Part shown: positions 25,944-35,900 of the stretch, one piece after another | How positions within the stretch are numbered: the stretch's first letter is position 1 | Layout: the number at the start of each line of letters is the position of its first letter | NCBI GenBank assembly: GCA_021741845.1 | Contig: JAIOWY010000001.1 | Location: 1 to 37,750 of the forward strand | Direction: 5' to 3' | DNA: 37,750 bases | From: Candidatus Nanopelagicales bacterium | Lineage (GTDB): Bacteria; Actinomycetota; Actinomycetes; S36-B12 | Translations under genes and position numbers: made by a program | Notes under the pieces: generated by a model | The model's database searches: none | Told to the model about the DNA's origin: nothing | Seen by the model: the letters and a program-made list of their open reading frames with translations, nothing else

Positions 25944-28064
25944 GTGGGTGGCACGGTTGAGCAGGAACAGGAGTTCACCGATACCGCCTATCAACTGCTT
26001 GCGGACCTGCGCGAACACCTCGCCCAACGCCTCACCACGTTAAGTAACGCCCCCTCAACCGGCACTGGTCAAGACGAGTTGGAACGCGAAGCTCACGCTG
26101 AAAACCTTCACTCACAAATGCGATCCGCCGAAGCGGCAGAGAATCGCCTCTACTTCGGCCGAATCGACGGGGATGACCACGTTGTGCATCGCATCGGTCG
26201 AATTGGTTTGCGGACACCAGACGGCGATATGGCACTCATTGATTGGCGTGCACCTAATGCGGCACCGTTCTATCAGGCAACCACCGCTGAGCGCATGGGT
26301 ACCCGGTTACGCCGGCGAATTTCGACTAAACACATGAGTGGCAAAAACACGGTTACCCACGTGGACGACGAATGGCTCACCGAACCCGGGGAGGGCAGTT
26401 ATCAAGCTGCTACAGAATCGGTCACCGCCCCGCGCGATGGGCGTATGGCCGATATTCTCGCCACGATTGCCGCCGATCAAGACACCATTATTCGCAGCCC
26501 GCTCAATCAAGTCACCGTGGTCCAAGGCGGGCCTGGAACCGGCAAGACCGTCGTTGCATTGCACCGGGCTGCATGGCTGCTTTATACGTATCGCGAGAGA
26601 TTAGCTAAAGATGCCATTCTCATTGTGGGGCCTAGTGAGGCCTTTCTGCGCTATATCGATCAGGTACTGCCAAGCCTCGGTGAAACAGACATTGTTCTGC
26701 TGACCCCCGGGCAACTCTTTCCTGGCGTTAATGCAACTCGCGATGACCGTGATGACGTTGCTGCAGTCAAAGGTAGCTCGATCATGGCCCGAGTGATCGC
26801 GAATGCCGTGCACAATTGGACTGCAATCCCCGACTCGGATATTTCGATAACAACCGAATCCGGAATCAACCTGCGGCTAACGCGCGGGCAGATACGCGAG
26901 GCACGGAAAAGCACCAGTCGCCGCGCCAGTTACCATGCGAATCGGGAGTCATTTCTTAAACGACTACTCGATTACCTTGCTCGAAACGTGGCCGCAGACC
27001 GTGGAGACGAACAACCGGATCAAGAAACTCGGGCCGACTACGTTGCTGACTTCATTGACGACAGACATGTCCGACGCACCTTGAATCTCATGTGGATGCC
27101 AACCACTGCTGAAAAAGTAATATCCCGGCTGTACACAGACTCTCGCTTTTTATCACAATGCGCTGATGGAATTCTCACTCAGGAACAACAGCAATTACTG
27201 CTTCGAACAGTGGATCGACAGCAACCAGCTTGGACCGTAGACGATGTCCCGTTGCTGGATGAATGCGCTGATCTACTCGGTGAATGGATTCGGCCTAAAG
27301 CAAGGACGTATGAGAATTCCGAGTATCGGGAATTGTCAGCAGCCGATCTGCATGCTGGTCACCGCGACCACAGTGGGCCCTCTACCACCGTTGCGGAGCG
27401 CGCCTATCTAGACCGCGAGTGGGTTTATGGGCATATCGTCGTTGACGAGGCCCAGGAGTTAAGCCAGATGGCCTGGCGTTCTATTTCCCGACGAGCCGTG
27501 CGCAAATCACTGACCATTGTGGGAGATCTCCAACAAAGCTCACACCCCGCTGGCGCACGCACATGGGAATCTGCACTGGAATGGGCCGCGGACAAAGTTG
27601 TGATAAACACATTGACTATCACCTATCGAATAACCTCCGAAACTGTTGACACTGCTGTCAATCAGCTCGTTCGCGCCGGTGGTACTGCGCCGGATCTCGT
27701 TTCCATTAGGCATGGTGAACCAACGCGCGAAATTTCACTTCCACTCCATGACTGGATTCCGTACATTCTGGAGCAGACCCATGATTTGGACGGCCGCGCC
27801 TGTGTGATTCTTCCTGATCAGGACGCAGACTCCCTGCGCGAACGATTTAACAAGAGCGAGAACCCCTCTTTCGGTTTCGGTGCCCTTGCTCTCGATTCAA
27901 AGATCGCCATACTCAGCGCGAAAGAGACAAAAGGTCTCGAATTCGATGCTGTCTTTGTCTGCGACCCAGACCGTCTTCGCCAACAAGGTGTGCGGGGCTC
28001 CGATATTTTTGTTGCTTGTACTCGGGCAACGCACCGCCTGTTTCTCCTCACTCCGACTGACTAG
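25944..28064 (+). CDS. helD: HelD-type (UvrD/Rep superfamily 1) RNA-polymerase-associated helicase-like ATPase
   Basis: Walker A VVQGGPGTGKTVVALHRAAWLLY, Walker B HIVVDEAQELSQMAW, a C-terminal KGLEFDAVFV..ACTRATHRL, and a coiled-coil-like N-terminus EQEQEFTDTAYQLLADLREHL. The start is set at GTG 25944, 6 nt after GAGGAG. The 183 codons upstream in the track ORF are antisense to the PPTase gene. Confidence 0.85.
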   Translation: MGGTVEQEQEFTDTAYQLLADLREHLAQRLTTLSNAPSTGTGQDELEREAHAENLHSQMRSAEAAENRLYFGRIDGDDHVVHRIGRIGLRTPDGDMALIDWRAPNAAPFYQATTAERMGTRLRRRISTKHMSGKNTVTHVDDEWLTEPGEGSYQAATESVTAPRDGRMADILATIAADQDTIIRSPLNQVTVVQGGPGTGKTVVALHRAAWLLYTYRERLAKDAILIVGPSEAFLRYIDQVLPSLGETDIVLLTPGQLFPGVNATRDDRDDVAAVKGSSIMARVIANAVHNWTAIPDSDISITTESGINLRLTRGQIREARKSTSRRASYHANRESFLKRLLDYLARNVAADRGDEQPDQETRADYVADFIDDRHVRRTLNLMWMPTTAEKVISRLYTDSRFLSQCADGILTQEQQQLLLRTVDRQQPAWTVDDVPLLDECADLLGEWIRPKARTYENSEYRELSAADLHAGHRDHSGPSTTVAERAYLDREWVYGHIVVDEAQELSQMAWRSISRRAVRKSLTIVGDLQQSSHPAGARTWESALEWAADKVVINTLTITYRITSETVDTAVNQLVRAGGTAPDLVSIRHGEPTREISLPLHDWIPYILEQTHDLDGRACVILPDQDADSLRERFNKSENPSFGFGALALDSKIAILSAKETKGLEFDAVFVCDPDRLRQQGVRGSDIFVACTRATHRLFLLTPTD

Positions 28065-28698
28065 CCTCCTCCAAGCCGGAAGCAATTCGAAGTAGTTGCG
28101 CGTAGGTGAGTCCCTTTGTCTGAATAACAATGTCCGTCCCAGTGGCGTTTTTACCGGCTGTCGAAGCGGGCAAACGCATTCCTAGATAACCCCCATATCG
28201 CAGTACATCCCGTTTAATGCAGGAGACTCGGTCAACCTCGCCCGTCACATAGACATTTCGATCACAGTTGGCGAATATGTGGACTTTGACAGCAACCCGC
28301 TTGCCGTTGACCTCTCGCTGGAGGGTGACACGACCAACGGGCCGGCGAGCTAGGTCTGGTTGCGGTTCGGCGGCCCACGTCGAAGTTGCCCATTTTTCAC
28401 TCAGAATGAAGTTCTTTGAAATTTTCCCGTACATCCCCGTTGCGCTGGTCATTTTGTAGGACCGCGTGGCGGCAGACTGACCAATTCTCTGAAAAGCAAT
28501 GACTTGAATTTTATCTGATAAGGACAACCCAGCCTTGTACGTCGGTGCATAGAGAGTTCCTCGTTCCCCGAGGACAGCACTGGCCTTGCTCCATGTCGGA
28601 TAATTGTCATTCATGTTCTCTGCACCGTGTGCAACAGGAATGGCAACTGTCGAAATGCAGGCGAGAGCACAGAAAAATATGAATGAACGGAGTTTCAT
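28048..28698 (-). CDS. Secreted hypothetical protein (no family recognised)
   Basis: ATG 28698 preceded by GGAAGGGGAG. Signal peptide MKLRSFIFFCALACISTVAIPVAHGAEN. The mature part has no motif I recognise and contains two Cys. Local GC looks a little lower than the surroundings. Confidence 0.55.
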   Translation of the reverse strand: MKLRSFIFFCALACISTVAIPVAHGAENMNDNYPTWSKASAVLGERGTLYAPTYKAGLSLSDKIQVIAFQRIGQSAATRSYKMTSATGMYGKISKNFILSEKWATSTWAAEPQPDLARRPVGRVTLQREVNGKRVAVKVHIFANCDRNVYVTGEVDRVSCIKRDVLRYGGYLGMRLPASTAGKNATGTDIVIQTKGLTYAQLLRIASGLEEASQSE

Positions 28699-28774
28699 GT
28701 GGCTCCCCTTCCTCGCAACAATTCGGCGTAACATCACTCTGTATACCAGAGAGCAACGCAGGAGAGGGGAACGC

Positions 28775-29167
28775 GTGAGCAAGTCACCACGTGAGCATCA
28801 ATCACCCGGTGGAATGGATAAACGGTGGCCCCGTTCTATCTACTCCACAGGGAGCGAGCCTGACCCACGATTCACTCTGGCTAATGAGCGCACTTTTCTT
28901 GCATGGATTCGCACCGGCCTGGCCTTTGTCGCCGGTGGCATTGCCCTAAATGCCGTAAGTTTTTCGATAGCCCCTGATACTCGCCGGTGGCTCTCAGTGA
29001 TTGCCCTCGCAATCGGCGCAGCCCTTGCCCTCTGGGCGTGGTACTCCTGGTCACGCGTTGAGCGAGCAATGCGGAACAGATCTCCGTTACCGCATTCCCC
29101 AGCCCTGGTGGTGCTCTCCGCTGCCGTGCTGGCCATTGCTGTGTTCTCTGCCATCGCATTCCTCTAG
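28775..29167 (+). CDS. DUF202 (YidH-like) membrane protein
   Basis: DPRFTLANERTFLAWIRTGLAFVAGG is the DUF202 signature, followed by further TM helices. GTG 28775 is preceded by GGAGAGGGGA. The track ORF start at 28604 would overlap the divergent gene. Confidence 0.7.
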   Translation: MSKSPREHQSPGGMDKRWPRSIYSTGSEPDPRFTLANERTFLAWIRTGLAFVAGGIALNAVSFSIAPDTRRWLSVIALAIGAALALWAWYSWSRVERAMRNRSPLPHSPALVVLSAAVLAIAVFSAIAFL

Positions 29168-29169
29168 CC

Positions 29170-29496
29170 ATGACCACACCAGAACCTGCGCCAGCGGATG
29201 GTCCCCTCGACCAAGGAATGCCACAGGAACGAACCCTGCTGTCTTGGCGCCGCACAGCATTGACACTCGCAATAGCGGGGTTCGCTTTGGCCCGCCTGGC
29301 GTTGAACGCGTCCCCGATTTTGGCTGGGGTAATGACAGCAATCGCGCTCAGCGTTGTACTCATTGTGATTATTAATTCAATGCACCGTTACCGTGATGGC
29401 GATCCAGTGGAAACGGGAGGAAAGACGGCCGCCATGCTATCCGTGACGACGTTCTCCCTAGCCCTGGTGGAAATTGCCCTGATTATTCAGGAATAA
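29170..29496 (+). CDS. DUF202 membrane protein (second paralogue, YidG-like position)
   Basis: QERTLLSWRRTALTLAIAG, then two more TM helices. The start lies 2 nt after the stop of the previous gene. Confidence 0.65.
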   Translation: MTTPEPAPADGPLDQGMPQERTLLSWRRTALTLAIAGFALARLALNASPILAGVMTAIALSVVLIVIINSMHRYRDGDPVETGGKTAAMLSVTTFSLALVEIALIIQE

Positions 29497-29507
29497 GTAC
29501 GGCCGGC

Positions 29508-30035
29508 CTAACTGTCATCGTTGGAGACCAAGGGGGCCCAGTTGAAGACCACTTCGGTGCGCATCACAATGTCTTGGACGGACAGATTAGATCGACTAAT
29601 GATCGACCAGGCCAATCCCACGGGAAACACCACAGAGAAGAGCGCTCTGCCCGCTGCCTGACCAATGCTGAGCGTGCCACCCGAACGAGTTTGTACCCGC
29701 AAACCCATGAGTACATTCCCCAGCGACCTACCGCCGGAAGCCCAACTCCACGTCCAATAAGCCCACATCAGAAAATAACCGACCAATAACAGGGGTAGCC
29801 CGGATATTGGTGGAATATCGTAAAAAACACTCAAGATATATCGCAATCCCAACCACAAGCCATACGTGCCGACGAGGAGCAAGGCGATCATTGCTATATC
29901 AATCAGCACTGCAATAAATCGGGATGTGAATCCTGCGGGAAGCCCTTGAATATTGCGCGCCCGACTGGGCATTGCGTTGAAGTGAACGGTCTGACTTGGT
30001 GAGAATTCTTGGCGGAACTGCTTAAAGCTAGTCAT
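29508..30035 (-). CDS. RDD-family membrane protein
   Basis: AGFTSRFIAVLIDIAMIALLL .. GRSLGNVLMGLRV .. SVQDIVMRTEVV fits the R-D-D family architecture. ATGA overlap with the upstream gene. Confidence 0.72.
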   Translation of the reverse strand: MTSFKQFRQEFSPSQTVHFNAMPSRARNIQGLPAGFTSRFIAVLIDIAMIALLLVGTYGLWLGLRYILSVFYDIPPISGLPLLLVGYFLMWAYWTWSWASGGRSLGNVLMGLRVQTRSGGTLSIGQAAGRALFSVVFPVGLAWSIISRSNLSVQDIVMRTEVVFNWAPLVSNDDS

Positions 30036-30562
30036 GCACTACTCACATCGGTGTCCGCTGACCTCACCTTACTTCGAAAAAGTACCCTGTCCACAATCCC
30101 ACTGACAAAATTATCTGTGGTAATGGCCTGGAATCTCAGAATTCCCAAGAGGTCATCGGCTACCCCGCCAGTGCTTTCGCGCACAAGACCGGGGAGATCG
30201 ATTTCCTCAATGACATAGTCGGCGATCTCGGTCATGGGGATTCGGTCCAGTATGGGATTAATGTCTGCCCTCGCCACAATCGCGTTGATGTCCACATGCT
30301 GAACAACAATCTCTGTCAGGTTGACTCGGGAGACAACCGCATTTACTACTGGTGGGACGACCTCGTCGAGGACCGCATTGACAGCTGTCTTGGACGTTTC
30401 AGATGCGAGGTGTACGAGCGTTTCGGTGGTGAATCGGGCAATACCAAAAATCCCGTGCCAGGCGTTGACTGTTCCACTGATTACCGGATACAAAGCTCCT
30501 GCATTAATCGGAACATCCACGTCAAATTCGACGGACTCCTGCATGACGTCGAAATCTTCCAT
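30032..30562 (-). CDS. Hypothetical protein translationally coupled to the RDD protein
   Basis: ORF with internally repetitive V/I-D/N-rich segments (VNAVVSRVNLTEIVVQHVDINAIVARADINPILDRIP) and a C-terminal ESTGGVADD..DNFVSGIVDRVLFR. Start taken as ATG 30562 (ATG 30544 is also possible). The track start at 30676 (TTG) would overlap the MaoC gene by 94 nt. Confidence 0.5.
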   Translation of the reverse strand: MEDFDVMQESVEFDVDVPINAGALYPVISGTVNAWHGIFGIARFTTETLVHLASETSKTAVNAVLDEVVPPVVNAVVSRVNLTEIVVQHVDINAIVARADINPILDRIPMTEIADYVIEEIDLPGLVRESTGGVADDLLGILRFQAITTDNFVSGIVDRVLFRSKVRSADTDVSSA

Positions 30563-30582
30563 GGGAATGTTTTCTCTGACCG

Positions 30583-31152
30583 CTATTGCGCGGTGAGGGG
30601 ACCAGACTTGGCTTCGGGGAAGTAGTTCTGCCCAATACCGCTGGAGCGCTTGGGAACCATGACAGAACGGAACCAAGAAACGATTTCGTCGCCATCTTGA
30701 TTGAGTCCCCGTGTTTTCATGCGAATAATTCCCATCTCGGGTCGGGATCCGCTTTCACGCTTCTCCAAACAAATGCTCTCGGCATAGATGGTGTCGCCGA
30801 TATACACAGGATGCGTCAGTTTGATATCAGTCCATCCGAGGTTTGCGACCGCGTTCTGGCTCATGTCAATGACAGAAAGCCCCAGAACTAATGCCACGGT
30901 GAGTCCGGAGTTAACAATGATGCGACCCTGGGTAATGGGGTTGCTTTCAGCCAGGTGTGCATTGAAGTGATTCTGATTGGTGTTACAGGTCAACAATGTG
31001 AACCAGGTGGAATCAGCTTCACTGATGGTTCGGCCGAACGGATGCTGATAGGTGGTTCCGACTTCAAAGTCCTCAAAGAAACGCCCCAGCTGGGCAGGTA
31101 TAACGGCGTTCGATTCGCCGGAATGATCTGTCACAGGATTTCTACTGCTCAC
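30583..31152 (-). CDS. MaoC-like hot-dog fold (R)-hydratase/dehydratase family protein
   Basis: FEDFEVGTTYQHPFGRTISEADSTWFTLLTCNTNQNHFN and the later THPVYIGDTIYAES resemble the MaoC dehydratase family. GTG start overlaps the DUF3040 gene end by 11 nt. Confidence 0.78.
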   Translation of the reverse strand: MSSRNPVTDHSGESNAVIPAQLGRFFEDFEVGTTYQHPFGRTISEADSTWFTLLTCNTNQNHFNAHLAESNPITQGRIIVNSGLTVALVLGLSVIDMSQNAVANLGWTDIKLTHPVYIGDTIYAESICLEKRESGSRPEMGIIRMKTRGLNQDGDEIVSWFRSVMVPKRSSGIGQNYFPEAKSGPLTAQ

Positions 31153-31540
31153 CCTCGGTGCGCTTGCGCCAGCGCTCTTCCATGCGATTCATGAAGCCAT
31201 CCGATTTCGGCGCCTTGGGCATCTTGGTGATTGGTGTCTCAGTTCCCCCATCAACGGCTTCGCTGTCAGGGGTTACCGCGCGAGTGGTAAATGCGGTGTA
31301 GGTGATTACCGCTCCAATGAGCATGACAGTAAATCCAGCAACACCGAGTGCAGGAGTAAAGGCAACACCGGCAACGAGTAACCCCAGCCCGGCTAAAACG
31401 GCTAAGACACCGAGGGCTGCTCGACCTCGACTGGCGCTTCCACCGGCGGTACGGAGGTTGGCGGCAAATTTGGGATCGTCCGCGTAGAGGGCCTGCTCCA
31501 TCTGTTCCAGCAGTTTTTGCTCGTGCTCAGAGAGTGGCAC
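31142..31540 (-). CDS. DUF3040-family membrane protein
   Basis: N-terminus MPLSEHEQKLLEQMEQALYADDPKFAANLR is the characteristic DUF3040 signature, followed by two TM helices. Confidence 0.85.
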   Translation of the reverse strand: MPLSEHEQKLLEQMEQALYADDPKFAANLRTAGGSASRGRAALGVLAVLAGLGLLVAGVAFTPALGVAGFTVMLIGAVITYTAFTTRAVTPDSEAVDGGTETPITKMPKAPKSDGFMNRMEERWRKRTEGEQ

Positions 31541-31648
31541 CTGAGCCCCCTTTCAACGCGATAGTGGATTGCTCCACCGGACTAGGTCAAGGATATGACG
31601 AATACGGCTCAGGGCAAACCGTTGCCCCATTATTTCTCCCACCCAGGC

Positions 31649-32920
31649 CTATTCCCCCGTGGAATGGGGTGAATTCGGGCCTGGATCGGTGGTGGCACCC
31701 TGTTCCACCCCTGGGATGGTTCGACCGGGTCGCACTGCCCCCGGTCCGAATTTAGATCGGAGTGCGTCGATAGCCAACTCGGCGTCGCGGCGGCCATGCT
31801 CTGGCTCACCAAAGAGCAGCTGTTCCGGTGCATCTGTCGCCGGAACCAGTCCATCCACTTTGACCCCGACCAAGCGGATCCGAACACGTTGCAATCCCAA
31901 GGCGAGGTACAAGTTCCACGTTGTGGAATAAATGTCGTGGGCGAGATCGGTATAACCGGCCGTCTTGGATCGAGTAATAGTGGTGAAATCAGCGAAGCGA
32001 AGTTTCAATGTCACGGTTTTGCCGCGATAGCCCGCCGCTCGCAGCCGGGCGGCCACCTTGTCGGACAGATGGGAAATTTCCGAGCGGATTACTTCCGGGT
32101 CATCAATATCGTAAGCAAAAGTGTTTTCATTGCTGACACTCTTCTCCGGTTCATGGGGAGTCACTGTGCGCGGATCGCGACCCCAGGAAAGCTCGTGGAG
32201 TGCCGTCCCCGTTGCACCGAGCGCTCGCGTCAGCGTGGCCACCGGAGTGTGCGCAATATCTCCGACGGTGCGCATTCCGAGGCGCGTGAGCTGCTCCTCT
32301 GTTTTCTCGCCTACACCCCAGAGCGACCCAATAGGCAACGGATGGAGGAAGTCGATAACGGAATCCACCGGGACCAGGAGTAATCCGTCAGGCTTGGCTC
32401 GGGTTGATGCCAACTTGGCGACAAACTTTGTTGAGGCCACCCCCACCGAGCAGGTGATTCCTTGCTCGTCAAATACTCGCGCTCGGATCAGTTCGGCGAT
32501 TCCCACCGGGTGGGACAATCGGCGCAGCGCACCGGAAACATCGAGGAATGCTTCGTCGAGGCTAATGGATTCCACCAGCGGGGTAATCGATTCAAACAGT
32601 GCCATAACACTGCGGCTGACGGTCGCGTACTTGTCGTGATGTGGTGACAAAATGATGATTTCCGGTGCAATACGTCGCGCCCGTGATAGCGGCATGGCGG
32701 AATGCACTCCGAGTGCCCGCGCTTCATAGGTGGCGGTCAGCACTACCCCCCGGTTACCTTGGGCGGCGATAACTACTGGCTTACCAACGAGCTCCGGACG
32801 ATCCCGCAATTCCACCGACGCATAAAAAGCATCCATATCGACATGGAGAATGGTGCAACCAGTGTCGTTGGTTCCGAATTCGACTTTGCCGCTCGGGCGC
32901 CGAACCTGACTCCTGCTCAT
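31649..32920 (-). CDS. dinB: DNA polymerase IV (Y-family, catalytic residues intact)
   Basis: ILHVDMDAFYASVE, SLDEAFLDVS, GVASTKFVAKLAS and LWGVGEKT. A QLLFG clamp-binding-like peptide lies near the C-terminus. SD AAGGAAG lies before ATG 32920. Confidence 0.92.
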   Translation of the reverse strand: MSRSQVRRPSGKVEFGTNDTGCTILHVDMDAFYASVELRDRPELVGKPVVIAAQGNRGVVLTATYEARALGVHSAMPLSRARRIAPEIIILSPHHDKYATVSRSVMALFESITPLVESISLDEAFLDVSGALRRLSHPVGIAELIRARVFDEQGITCSVGVASTKFVAKLASTRAKPDGLLLVPVDSVIDFLHPLPIGSLWGVGEKTEEQLTRLGMRTVGDIAHTPVATLTRALGATGTALHELSWGRDPRTVTPHEPEKSVSNENTFAYDIDDPEVIRSEISHLSDKVAARLRAAGYRGKTVTLKLRFADFTTITRSKTAGYTDLAHDIYSTTWNLYLALGLQRVRIRLVGVKVDGLVPATDAPEQLLFGEPEHGRRDAELAIDALRSKFGPGAVRPGRTIPGVEQGATTDPGPNSPHSTGE

Positions 32921-32978
32921 GTGGTCTTCCTTGCTGATGTGTCGATGAATTGATTATGCCCCGAATTGCGCAATCGGC

Positions 32979-35900
32979 TTACCACCCTGGTGTTCCCGGC
33001 GACCTGTGCCACAACTTGCTCGGCGCTTGGGTAACGGGAACTCCGATAGCGGAATAAGGGGACTGTCGAAATCCACTGGCGTGAATGAGAGCTACCCGCT
33101 TGACCGGCGCACCGGTATCAGGAATCGGGTGGGCGCGAACATGATCATTGACGGCGGGGATACCGCCGTCTCGCCATATTTTTCGAATGGTCCCCAGATC
33201 CCAACATCCGGTGGCGCGCAGCGAAATCCCCCGGGGACCAGTTCGGCGGGTAATTCCGCGCACAAGCAGGATCCACGAGTTGAACAGATCGTGAGCAAAA
33301 GGACCCTGAGCGTCTTCAAAGAAGGTGGCATCGAGTGGTCCGGTGGAGTCGTCAAGGGTCAGAAATACCACGCGCTTGCCACTGCGCACCGGAGGCATTT
33401 GGGTTGCAACTTTGACTCCCGCGACAAATATTTCTTCCTGGGATCGGCACTGCACAAGATCACGGGATTGAACAACGGCAAGGGCTGATAGGCAATCAGC
33501 ATAAAAATCCATGACGTGGGAGCTGACATCTAAACCAAGGACTTCAAGTTCTGACCGCACTCGTTCACCAACAGTCATTTCCGGTAAACCCGATCCGGTC
33601 ACCGAGACGGAGTCGGAAATATCGAAGGACATTTGGGCGGTTGTCACTGCGGCAGTGCGAGACAGGTCAGCGATTTGCAGGAGTAAATCTCGGCGGGTCA
33701 GGCGGCCCGTCCCCGCATGCTCGTGAAATCCGTAGAGCGAGTCGAGTGCTCCGGTAACCACAAGGTTTTCCGCCACCGGTCGTGAGGGACGGGCGCGCTG
33801 CCACAGATCAGATAGTGAGGAATACGGCTGACCCTGTATGAGCCGATCAATTTCTTCTTGAGTTATTTCCTTGACGTCGGTAAAGGGAATTCGTATTCCC
33901 CACACAGATGTAGCCCCCTCAACTTCCTCCAGTCGATATGTGTCAGCGGAGTGATTAACGTCCAAGCTCAGGATCGGAACACCAAAGTTTCGAGCGTCGT
34001 CCAGTAGAAGGCGCTTGGGGTACATACCGGGATCGTGGGTGAGTAAACCGCAGTAGAACGCTGCCGGGTGATGCGCCTTGAGCCACGCACTTTGATAGGT
34101 GGGGAGCGCAAATGCTGCGGCGTGTGCTTTACAAAATCCAAATGACGCAAATGCGCGCAGGATCTCCCACACCCGGTCCACTTGTTCGAGGAGATAACCC
34201 CGCTTCAACGCGGCGGGATAGAACCATGCTCGGACTTCGTTTTGCCCGTCGGGTGATCCCATGGAGCGACGATATTCGTCTGCCTCTGCCAGGGAACAAC
34301 CTGAAAAGACGCTGAATGTGCGGAGCACTTGCTCGTGGAAAACAACAACTCCGTAGGTTTCCTCGAGGGCGGGCCGCAAATCAGGATGCGGATACTCTGG
34401 CTTGTTCCACCCCTGGCGCGCTCGAAGGAAGGGATGGATCATGTCAGACTTCACTGGTCCCGGGCGAAACAAGGAAATATCGATGATCAGATCATTAAAT
34501 GTTTCTGGCGCGAATTTTCCAATCAACTCACGCTGACCCGGTGACTCAATTTGAAAACACCCCAGAGTCCGCGTTGATTGAATTAAGGAAAATGTTTCAG
34601 GGTCGTCAAGCGGTGCTCCGTCAATGACTGGACGCTCCCCGGTCACTCGTTCGGCTTCATTGAGTGCATGGGCCATGGCGGACTGCATGCGTACACCCAA
34701 GACATCGAGTTTGAGTAAACCCATGTGCTCAACATCATGTTTATCAAAATGGGACATGGGAAAACCGGCAGCACCCTGCTGAACAGGAGTGCGATCGAGC
34801 AATGTGAGATCCGAGAGCAACACACCACACGGGTGCATGGCTACATGGCGCGGTAATCCGTCGAGCGCTTCCACCAGAGTGAGAAAGGTGTCTAATTCGC
34901 CTGTTGACGCGAGACGCCCGAAGGATGAATGCCGTAACTCGGGAAGGTCTTGTAGTGCGGATTTCACATTACGAGCACGAATATGGGGAAACGCTTTAGC
35001 GAAAGCATCAATGTCAGCGGCCGGCATACTGAAAGCCATGCCCACGTCGCGGATAGCCGAACGGGCGCGATAGGTCTCCATCATGGAAACCGTGGCAATG
35101 CGCTCCGCACCAAACGCGTCAAAGATCCACTGATAAATATCTAATCGACGGTCCGACTCAACATCAATGTCAATATCAGGGAGTTCACGACGCAAGGGAG
35201 TCAAGAAACGCTCCATCAGGAGGTTGTGCGCAATGGGGTCAACCCCAGAGACACCGATGAGGTAATTAACCAGGCTTCCTGCCCCGGAGCCACGAGCTGC
35301 CACCCGCACACCACGTCCTTTGATCATGTCGACAACATGGGCCACCGTCAGGAAGTACCCCGAGAATCCCAGGTGAGTAATGGTGCGCATTTCCTGCTCG
35401 AGTCGGTAGCGAGCGACTGCCCGGTCGTCGGATCGGGTGTACCGGTGTGGGATTTCCGTTTCACAGCGGCGCAGTAACAGTGCGTTAGCTTCCCGCTCCG
35501 GTTCCGCCACAGGATGCCCCAACAAAATATCGAGTTCGGGGACAAAAACTGAACCCAGACCAAGGTCTCGCTCTGGGTCGAGTACGCAGTACTCCGCGAG
35601 ATGCCGGGTGTCGTGCAGCAGCTTCTGTGGGTTTCTCTCCCCTGCCTGCTGACAAATTTCAGCAGCAATGTGGTGCATGTCTCCCGTACTTTTGAGATAA
35701 CCCTCACCGCTGTTGCGCACTACATGCCGCGAGTCAAGGGAGACAATATTTCGCGCTGCATCTAAAACGTCTGCCACGCGCACCTGCTCCGGAGTGAGGT
35801 GGCGGACCGCATTTGTCAGAATGACCGGAAGTTTTTCTCCCCGCGCCCAGGCGAGCAGCCGCGCCGCATTCGCTGTGGAGTACTTGTGTCCGCGATCAGC

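Noticed and set aside
30563-30676. Longer version of the hypothetical gene starting at TTG 30676.
   Set aside because: It would overlap the MaoC gene by 94 nt. The internal ATGs at 30562 and 30544 avoid this.
31612-31627. GGGCAA-accg-TTGCCC hairpin after the dinB stop, considered as a terminator.
   Set aside because: The stem is only 6 bp and no U-tract follows on the minus (dinB) strand. This is too weak to call.
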